DNA of 63,344 nucleotides, filler included, from Bigelowiella natans CCMP2755 (Eukaryota > Protista > Cercozoa): the NCBI GenBank assembly GCA_000320545.1. It is 4 parts of 4 records of this genome, joined end to end, with 100 filler letters (N's around TTAATTAATTAA, not from the genome) between each part and the next. Parts side by side here need not be neighbours in the genome. Positions count along the whole stretch, not along the records: positions 1 to 15,154 come from ADNK01000892.1; positions 15,255 to 40,892 come from ADNK01003169.1; 2 more parts are not named here. One strand, 5' to 3'. A program made the translations under genes and the position numbers. How positions within the stretch are numbered: position 1 is the first letter of the stretch; every line of letters starts with the position of its first letter. Positions 10,726-23,220 of the stretch are shown here, in pieces. Under the pieces are notes generated by a model. That model searched no databases. It was not told where the DNA came from and saw only the letters and a program-made list of their open reading frames with translations.

Positions 10726-12387
10726 TGAGACGGATGTAATGAAGAATTAAATTTTTTCAATGGTCATCCTGATGTAGCTGTGCAATGCAGCGGCCACAGC
10801 GCTAATGTTGTGTCTGTTGGTTTCTGCCACCACGTGCTTCATGCATTTGAAAGCGTCCTCATGCGACCGATGTTGTCGCGCGCTGCGCGCAACAGTTCTT
10901 GAGTCCTTTTCAGCCTTTGTCAGCCGGTTCGTATGTCGTCGTTGCGATTCATGATTGCGCTCATTTGATTGCGCAATCTGATTTGCAATGTGAACAGTAG
11001 CACGCTTGAAATTTTGCACCAAGCAAGGTGCACAAGCACATGCATGTGGTTTGCACCAGGTGCACGTTGCACAATGCTAGCTACATGCATGCACTAGCTG
11101 AGGCACACATGCAATGAGTCACAAGTGTTTCCATGCGCCCTGGTGCAAAATTGTTCTTTGAATGTGAACACACGCACGTGCACCGTGCATGATTGTGCGT
11201 GTTCAATCATTGATTAAGCCTTACCATGTCAAAGCTGTGCATGGCACAATTTGCTGCGTGTCCCATCGAGTTGCACAATGTCACACCGCCCGCGCAAACA
11301 CGTGTACTTAACAACAAAGTCATGCATGCATGACCGTACCCTGCGCGTGCATGCATTGTGCAACCGCTCCATGATGTAATTGATCATGCTAAAAATAACT
11401 CTTGACATCCTTGATGCATGTGACATGGCACGAGGAGAAATGAGGGATGCACAGGTGCTTTTGATTCTTCGAGTCGTCCTCTGACGGGTCTCGGAATTTA
11501 ACGGGCTTCTTTGCTAGGAGGTTTCAATGGCATGCGAGGGTACTGAAGATCGGTCATTCGAGCTGCTTGCTTGGTGATTTGGATTCTGATGAGAATGAGG
11601 AAGTGAGAGAGTGAGGATCGAGGCTTAGAGATTCCATGGTGAAGCCACGTGATGCTTTTTTATCCAGGTCACGTGATCTTGCTTGGCAGATCATGCATCG
11701 CGTAGCGAAGCCACGTGGCGTGATCACGACGAAGAAAGGCAAGAATGGACAACAATCTGTTGAGATTGCGCCATGCAAGAGGCAGCGACGCGCGATCGAT
11801 GCAAGACCATGTAAAGCAACAAAGGCAAGCAGACGCTTTTGTGCATTGATGAAGATATGGATCAAGAAAATTAGAAGTAACAATGAAAAACTATTTGTAT
11901 CAATATTGTATGTATGTGTAGTCCGCGATTACTGCATTTGTTCTACGTTCTAAAATGCATAAAGAAATATTGAACCGTCAACAGCGACGAATATATGGAG
12001 CCCGGTATCAATCTCGATCATCAGCGCAGTAGGCCATGCGATGCAGAAACTCCAATACCTTCTAATATTTGTAGTATCGTAAGCACCCATAATACTATAT
12101 AGCTGGCACGGTATGCCGTTTCACACGTGCATCATGTAAGTGTGTGCAGCCTCCTCTGCACTACAATTTGCATAGGAACGACCTTGCTTGATCGAGTTCC
12201 AAAGTTTGCGTACGCATAGCATACTGTAAGACATCGACGACCGGATATAGATGCTTTCAAATGCATGAAACACATAATAGAAGGGACAAATAGATATAAC
12301 ATAAGCGCTGTAGCCGCTGCTTTGCATAGCTGCTACATTAGGATGACCATTGAAAAGATTTAATCAATTCATTACATCCATATCTCA
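10726..12387. mobile_element. Non-autonomous or decayed TIR DNA transposon, about 53-bp TIRs (TGAGACGGATGTAATG...), TA target
   Basis: Left TIR at 10726-10778. Diverged inverted copy at 12332-12387 followed by TA. Further TIR fragments at about 12563-12596 and 12673-12709. Confidence 0.7.
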
Positions 12388-15154
12388 TACTGTGTAAGCT
12401 AGCATAATAGATACAGCATGTTCATCATTAGCAAGTGTGAAATGATTGCTAGCTGGGCATATCGAAGTTGTGTGATTAGCTTTTGCTGCATGAAATACAT
12501 TATATAGCAGAGACAAGAGACAAATAAGACTGTAGCCGTGTTATTTTGTATATCTAGATATGGTTACATTGGGATATGGCTATTGAAAATATTTAAGCAT
12601 CACGACATAAAGTCCGTAATGTATATGTATGCAGGCCTCATCTTCTTAAATTATGGTATAGTTTATTCGACTATTGAAAAGATTTAATCACTTTATTACA
12701 TCCGTCTCATAGTTTATTCGAACTACACTCACGTACAAAATACGCCAAAAATGCATACGACTAACAGTAGTATGTTGTCGTGTATATATTTGTACTGTAT
12801 ATTTGTGAATTGATAAAATATTGTGGCACCTGCGTCATCGAAACAAACGCTCTATGATCAGATATATTAAATATTGAACTCAGTAACTACTTCTAATGAA
12901 GTGATGGGAAGCCTAATGTTTTTGCTTTCCCCACTAAACAAATTACGGTCATAGATGAATAACCAGCAACACCTTCGATTCCTTGCTCCACTGCTTTTTA
13001 TTATGATACTGTAAAAGTAATCAAAAGGATTCTATACACGGCAGATGTTTGCGATAGTGCCAAGGCATTCCATGTTGCATACTCATCCTGATTAGCTTGA
13101 TCTAGCTCTGATACTAAGAACACCACACACTGCACCTGGTTGCGGGTTCTTCTCCCTAGAATACAATGGACGGCAGATCGGATAGGAAGTAAGGATGGCT
13201 GAGGGCTGCACTTGCACTTATTCTCCGATTCTTCTTGCAAACCTGATATCAATTGATATCATTCGCAGGTGTGTTCACGGATGATGAAAGACATAGGCAA
13301 CACAATCAAGTCACTCTTTTGAGGTCGCTGTTCTGAGTCGTAATCTCACCAGCTGAGAGAGGAGCGCGTACGTGCTTTTATCGACTGCCCGCCAATCGTA
13401 CCTTGAGTAGTTGAAAAGAATACTCAACGTGAGGCAAGAAGGAACACGCTGGCATTCTCGTTAATATTGATGAGTACGGGATAATGTATGGATATACACA
13501 CACACGCGCGCGCACAAAGCTATGGCTTTAATAGAAAGTTCGTGTGTTAACTCGTCAAGCATTTTTCTGCTAGATCAGTGTGGGATGACGTCGTTGACAC
13601 TTCTAGACTTCCATCAGCAAAGGAGGAGGGAACACAACTGCATGCACGAGACTTATTAACACCTTCCCAGCTTACTGGCGATCATATTCTCACTACCCCT
13701 AACCTATCCCAGGCCATCGCAGGGCTATCGGCAGCCATCGTTGCTTTGGTGTAGCGCTCGGAGGCGGCGCTGGAGGCAGCGTTCGGAAGGTGGTGAATGC
13801 CCACTTTTGCTTCACTTTCGTACGATAAATGGCATGCCATTTGGACCCATGCGACATGCCCATTCCAGTTGAATTTACCAGAATCTACTCAGTGGCAATG
13901 TTCATTAAACCTCTGACGACACAGCTAGGATCTGCGCTGCAAAGCATGTCGCATGTAAGAAGCGAACGGGGATACCATGAAAATATCTCTGGAAACTTGA
14001 TCTTCCTCTCGTGGAGCAGTATTCCCACAGCGTCACGTATTTTAGATTGTCGCAGATAAATAATAACGACTTTTTTTACCGTATGCCTAATCAGGATGGA
14101 CAGCAAAGAGGCGGAATTAAGACCGTTGTTTAGACTGAATTCTCCAAGAATGAAATCACGGCTTGGGCGCCGACCCTTGAGAGCTTGAGAGCACTCGTAC
14201 AATCGAGTATACAGAGGGGTCTGGCGTTGCTCTTAGAGGTAGATTTAGGATATAGGTCTAAGCATGTGTTGAATCCTTTGCTCCCCTCCCCACCACCCCT
14301 TTTACGCCTTGTCCGTGATTGCTTCGTTACAGTGAGTAATTGTCTATTTGAAATCGGCTTAGGAATTCTGGGCAGAGCCCCTCCGTGAAACGCAGATTCT
14401 GAATCCCTCAGGGATTTCAGTTGTATCCAACATCTTACGGTAGATTGTTTGTGAGGAAAGCCCGCCAGTAGCAGGCGTCTGTGTTCATTTCGACGTTCAT
14501 TTTTTGTTCTTAAGCTCGCGCCCGGATTTCTCCTTTTTCGGTGACACTCACAGTTTACCCTTTGCAGATGAACTTCTTCAAGCGAATATTCAAGGGCAAG
14601 CCCAAGCCCGCTAAGCCCGTCGAGGACAAATCAGACACATTTAGACCAAAGTCACCACAGATATAACCCCCTCGTCTCGAGGTATTTCTCATGAAACTGT
14701 GTTCTAAAGGTACAAGAAGGGAGATATATCCGGAGAACCTCCCTCGGATGCTGTTGACAGGTGACAATGTGTTCCTATGAGCAGTACGTGGATGGGAAAA
14801 TATTAAACTCCAATCGTGCCATTCCTGTTCTTACTAATATTCCTCAAAGGATGCGCTGGAACATGGAGATTTTCTGTGACCACGCCCAGTCAACCTTCCG
14901 ACGCCGTGCTCACCAAACTCTCATGACGAGCCGGGAAGCAAAAGCCTTGGAAAAAGCCTATCGGTACAGCGCACACGCAACCAGAAGGAATTATGAAATT
15001 GGGTTTAGAATTCTAAACTCGGCCCATGAATAATGAAATAAGGTGTTTGGAGGAGATCATCACGGCATCGGAACAGCTTACCGAGGATGATTTCAAGAAG
15101 ATCGAGGTGCCAATTACACCTGCCGTTAATCAATCAGACCTCTTCTTTTTTTCC

Positions 15155-15254
15155 NNNNNNNNNNNNNNNNNNNNNNNNNNNNNNNNNNNNNNNNNNNNTT
15201 AATTAATTAANNNNNNNNNNNNNNNNNNNNNNNNNNNNNNNNNNNNNNNNNNNN
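15155..15254. other. Assembly gap with artificial TTAATTAATTAA spacer
   Basis: N-run / ttaattaattaa / N-run. The same structure occurs at 40893-40992 and 53153-53252. Confidence 0.97.
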
Positions 15255-16037
<783 letters not shown>

Positions 16038-16211
16038 TACCCCTTTTCAGCGTCATAGAACGCTGTAAGGTGCAAACTACCGTAATGGTTGCAAGAAGAA
16101 GAAGAAGAAGAAGAAGAAGAAGAAGAAGAAGCGGAGATAGTAGGGATACGATCAGATAGATACTTCGAGCTTATATGGTGAGGGAAAGAAAGGAAAATTA
16201 TGCTGTGGGGG

Positions 16212-16252
<41 letters not shown>

Positions 16253-16493
16253 GGAAAGCGTATTAATGGGCTTAATATCAAAAGCTACTACTGACTACTA
16301 AATCATATATATATTTTTTTTCAGCAACTATATTGTTGATATAGTACATATAATAAATACCCCTTTGGCTGCACTTCGAAGGCTTTATGGTGGATTTGAT
16401 GGTTCCTACGCACAATTATGATCATCATGATGATGATGATGGATCATGGGGGGAGAAGCTAACACACACCACACACACACAGCAATTCGTATA

Positions 16494-16526
<33 letters not shown>

Positions 16527-16700
16527 ATATTTGTTTTCCTACTACCATGGGGCTAGCAATATCCTCATGTGCATCAACAGCCGTATTACAAGGGGCTGTT
16601 TTGTAGCGATGAGAAAAACAACAAGAAGAAGAAGAAGAGGGATAATTTATGATGGATGATACTTATGTATGACGGCGATTTAATATCTCTTCTTCCTTCA

Positions 16701-16740
<40 letters not shown>

Positions 16741-16821
16741 TCGTTTTCTTCACAATCAAAAATACCTAAAAATGTAACGATTCTTCGCTTCGGGCGTGTG
16801 TGTGCATGGATGTATTTTTTG

Positions 16822-16858
<37 letters not shown>

Positions 16859-16954
16859 TACGACTACTGCTGCTACCACAACCACTCCTCCTCCTCCTCC
16901 TCCTCCTCCTCCTCCTCCTCCTACTACTACTACTACTATTACTACCATTACTAC

Positions 16955-17090
16955 AATACACCTTTTCCATAATATCTCCATGAGCTAAACTATTACTAAT
17001 ACACCTTTTCCATAATATCTCCATGAGCTAAACTATTACTACTACTATTACTACAATACACCTTTTCCATAATATCTCCATGAGCTAAAC
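16955..17090 (-). repeat. Triplicated 36-bp exon-end/splice-donor unit
   Basis: AATACACCTTTTCCATAATATCTCCATGAGCTAAAC at 16955, 16998 and 17055. Confidence 0.9.
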
Positions 17091-17546
17091 GGTGACATGC
17101 AATGGCAGCACATGTTTTCCACGACATATGAAATCTGACCAATGTACAATAATACAAATAATAATATCGTTGTTGTTGCGGCACTGAGTTATTATTACTA
17201 TCTAGATATGATGGTGCAGATATTAATAATTACGTCCATATCCAAGCCGATTTCCTGATTCCTGGCAATTTATGGGTAAGATAGAGTGGTGTGAGGACCA
17301 ACAAAAACAGTGGTATTCCTTGAAGTACAGGCATCGCTTCTACCCCGAAGAAATACCTGAGGAGTAGTAGGAGGGAGGTGGTGGTAATAAATCATTGGAA
17401 TAATATACAACAGATATACAACACAACAACTATCATATTACATCCTACTCTTTCAACCCGAACCGAGATTAATCAGGTAAATAATGAACAAAATGGATAA
17501 TATATTAAAAAATACCTTAAATCCATGATAAAAATGTAAGTCACTT

Positions 17547-17589
<43 letters not shown>

Positions 17590-18003
17590 AATACTCAGGC
17601 TTCATTATTACACATAATTCTCTTGATCATCACTATCTTTAACATCCCCATACTCCTCAAAGCAGCAATCTTCACTACTACTACTACTACTACTACTACT
17701 ATTACTACTAGTAGTACATGTATGATGGCCAAGTGAATGAGTAGTATATATCTGCTGGTTGCGTGTGGTGATATTGGAACATTTCCGAGTATTTTCCAAG
17801 TGCTGGTAGATGTAATAGCGTAGGGCTATCTAGCCACATATGCACACTGCCCATTAAAAGATCGACATACCTGCGATTTGTCATTCATACACCGAGGAAA
17901 GGAACAGTGAACAACAACAACAACAACAACAACAACATCACATACCACATCGCCATCACGAAACCACCCAGATATAATTAATAAATATATCATTTAAAAA
18001 AGA

Positions 18004-18050
<47 letters not shown>

Positions 18051-18666
18051 GAGGGGGGGGAGGGTAAGGGATTGGGGCTTGTTGCGCTAATTCTTCTTCT
18101 TCTTCTTTGCCGTAGTAGTCGTAGTAGTAGTAGTAGTAGTAGTAGTAGTTGGTGTACCAGTGTGCTATCAGCAGAATAATTGCCTGCCATCTCCATGTTA
18201 GTCCCCTCCCCCACTTCGCTACCACAGCGCAATATCCCACCAAAATGCATAGAGCAAGGCAGAACATCTGAAAAAAGTTAATCAGTTATCGTCACACATA
18301 GTAGCTTAATATGTCTACTATTGTTAGATTCTACTACTTCTGCTACCATTCTCATAGAACATGTACTGATGAAGAAGTAGAAATACTATCATTCTCATAG
18401 AGCATGTGCTGATGAAGTAGTAAGGGAGGTAGTAGTGGTAGTAGTAGAGTAGTAGTAGTAGTAGTAGTACTGCTACTACTACTCACCTTAAGTCTGAACG
18501 AGAAAAGCATAGTGCCTAGGGCTGTGGAGAAGGGGTAATTATACATCAACTCCATCCTTCTTTGTCGTGCAAACGCAACACCACGGGCATGCTCTGCGAC
18601 TTGTTCTTCAGTAAGCTTCGAGGATGCTCTTGGAGACAGAAATTCCATATGTTCTCCGCACACCTG

Positions 18667-18703
<37 letters not shown>

Positions 18704-18731
18704 AAACAAGTAAGTTCTGAAAGGATTATGA

Positions 18732-18765
<34 letters not shown>

Positions 18766-19128
18766 GGTGGTGGTGATGCTAAAGATGGCAGTACGGATGC
18801 TGTTATTATTCAGAAGAAGAAGGAGGAAAAAGAAAGCAGGGTCTTCATTTGACACTTGTGAAAAAGCTTTTTTGAATAACTACTACATGTTTTCTACTAC
18901 TACTCTTCTATCTTGCTCTCTCGCTTAATGAGAAGTAGTAGTAGCTTTATCATCTCAATTACGCCATCGTTCTGGTGCCATTTGCTGCCGGTCACTGTCA
19001 CAGCATGTCGTCGTAACCAACTCGTTTTCTCTCTTTTCTCACTCACTCACTTACTTTCCAGACATTGCGAAGATCCCCCCATTTTTCAAGGCATCTAACG
19101 TGCCCGCGCCAGTCGTATCTGGATGAAC

Positions 19129-19242
19129 AATGAAGAGGTGACGACGACGACGACGACAAAAACTTAGTCAAAGAGAGCAATAGCTAATGAAGAGGTGACG
19201 ACGACGACGACGACAAAAACTTAGTCAAAGAGAGCAATAGCT
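19129..19242. repeat. Perfect 57-bp tandem duplication upstream of the desaturase
   Basis: AATGAAGAGGT(GAC)6AAAAACTTAGTCAAAGAGAGCAATAGCT twice (19129-19185 and 19186-19242). Confidence 0.9.
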
Positions 19243-19425
19243 AGCTATACACCGTCATCATCATCATCGTCGTCGTCGTTCACATCGTGTGTACAATTGT
19301 ACTATCGTATTATACTGTTTATGAAACTACTGTATCTCAATAATTTCAGCAAAAAGAAAACTACAAGATGCAGCAACTGCAGTATATCTGAAGCATTTAC
19401 TATTGCCAGAATATAATATATATAA

Positions 19426-19462
<37 letters not shown>

Positions 19463-20865
19463 CGTGTATAATATGTACATAAATGAATATTCATGACATT
19501 GACGACAAAACAACTAAACCTATGATGAACATAATCTCATTATCCTAAGGGATTCTTCCTCCTACCCCCCCCCTCCTTTCTACCCCTTTGAACTCATCAG
19601 TTGACGATGGAAAAATATTTTGTGTGTTTAACTAATCTTCTTCTTACGATCTGGGCCTTTTCGTCCTTAGATTGCTGAAATCCCTGCATTCGCGTGGTTC
19701 GTAGGCTCCATACCACTCGCTCTCATTAGCCTTCCTTGAGTATCTTTGCAAACATTGTACAACGAGTACAATGAACTCATTAATGAGAGTGATTATTCAA
19801 ATGATAATGACTATAAGTGGATAATGCAGATCTTATCAACGCTACGGGGAGCCACAATTCAAGCTAATCTTACAAATTTGCCATTATCTATCTCTCCCTC
19901 CCTCTCATTTCCACCATTCTGGTGTTATTTCATGTTCATGTAACAACCTGGCATTACTGCAGTGGGGAAGCTGAGCAAGAATGAGCAGAAACCAAAGGGT
20001 GGCTGCAAATTTGTATGTCATGTCAACAGTCCTTGCAGTTCGATATTTGTATCCTTTTGTAAGCGCTACTCATGAAATGATGATTATCTTGGTTCTCCTG
20101 CTTCGGGGGGGGTCATCATATCATATCATATCATGTCGCCATAGCTTTTGAAGCTGTTGTGGTAACATGTCACTATGTATGATAATAATTTGCTAATTTC
20201 GCCTAAAAACAACACCACAAGAACAGTAAGAAGCGCACTCTGACTGACCACAATGGCCACACCGGTATACATTTGTGGGATAATACCAGGACGACTTATT
20301 ATTCTGTTCAAAAATGAATGGAATTGAGGCGACAAACTAGAACTAGTCTACTGAACATGATTGTAGGATAATTCATCGCTGCGACAATACAATACTGTAT
20401 GTATCATGTGGGGTACCACCAACAATACGTCAAAACCGTTTTGTTCTTTTTTAGTCGCTCTTCTTTTCCACAGCTGTTACGCGTCAGAATTGTGTGGAAA
20501 CGTATGTAAATGCAGGTGTTTTTCCCCAATAAATGAATCTACCAACATTTTTCAGTAAGAAATATGCCTATTCTGTTTTACGCTCGAACACGGATCGATC
20601 GGACATATCTGAGGGATCTGCGCAGAAAATTCTGGTTAAAAGTTCTCGAATTCAAGATGATTTGGTTATAATTGTAGGCTGCTCATATATAGAGACAAGT
20701 AAATTTTGCTTCAGCTTCACTTAAATAAGCTTTATTTTAAGAAAACCACGTCGCATTTTGTTCTCAGACCTCCGTTTTGTCACCCCCAACACCATCTCAC
20801 AACCCAACAAGACCTTACGCCCATTACGCGTGAGCTCCAAACAACTTTCTTCTCACCTCTGTTAA

Positions 20866-22236
<1,371 letters not shown>

Positions 22237-22843
22237 ATGTACCAAAGTGATCATTAAGGTTGCACGTTGTGCATGTACCCATGTTTTCTCCAACGTCAAC
22301 ACGACACAATTTTCTGGTGATCGAATAGCTTGCTCCTGGTTTTTGTCCTCTTGCATGAAGCCTGGTGATGCGAATGCATGCGCTTAGCGGCATGTGTTGT
22401 GACACATTCGATCCACGCGCAACGTTGCAGCTGGGTGTCATTGCAGCAATGAATTGCACACGCTACACGCATGAGAGTGCTCAGCACAGCTGACAGCTTC
22501 ATCATCTTCTGTTTGGAAAATTTTGGTCGTTCATTGTGTGCACATGCACACACGCACGCTGGTCCGCGAATCATCACGTGATGATTTGCTGCGGACATCG
22601 CTGATGATGATTTTGCATCATGCAACAATGATCACGCAATGAAATTCATTGCATCATGATTTTGCATCATGGAATGATCATGCATGCAATGAAATTCATT
22701 GCATGATCAACTGCAATGACAATCAACACACAATGATTTTCATTGAGCAATGAAGCTGCTCAGAGCAGCGGCTGATTGGGGTGCAGTTCAAACAACAAAG
22801 TCTGAGCAAGCGTCACTCACTTTGATGAGGAAGATCGAAAATC

Positions 22844-23169
22844 TGTTGCGCGTAAGGTGTTCACAGGCCGAGGCGCTACGTGCACAAGTAGGCAGGGGGG
22901 GGGAAAGGCACGTTTGCTTCCTTTTGAAGAGTTGTGTTTATTTTTATTAAAGATTATATTTTTATTAAATCGTGCACTGCGTAATCATTCGCGAAGCTTT
23001 CGCGAATGCCGCCGCACGTGGGGCAGCACACTTCCGGTGTGCTGCCATGAGTCCCGCCGGAACCCACGTGCCTATGCTGTATTAATATCTACGTTATCTA
23101 TATTCTATATCCGCGACAACCCCTTTGTTGTCGCACGTGACTTGTGCCCGCGTAGTGGTACGCGCTACA
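22844..23169 (-). repeat. 3' LTR of the Gypsy element
   Basis: Direct repeat of 28234-28559, bounded by TG...CA and adjacent to the PPT. Confidence 0.97.
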
Positions 23170-23220
23170 CCTCCCCCAAGTCACGTTGCTCCTTCCTTCC
23201 TTCCTTATTCCCTTAGACCT

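Noticed and set aside
15199-15210. TTAATTAATTAA motif repeated three times in the window
   Set aside because: Always centred in identical N-runs, so it is an artificial scaffold spacer with stops in all frames.
16955-17090. 36-bp repeats with short spacers, superficially CRISPR-like
   Set aside because: The spacers are 7 and 21 nt of (TAC)n-like sequence, the repeat is an exon end, the context is eukaryotic and there are no cas genes.
22466-22843. CpG-methylation decay as the explanation for the TG/CA excess
   Set aside because: CpG remains common in these tracts and it is TpA that is missing; the copy comparisons show TA vs TG/CA.
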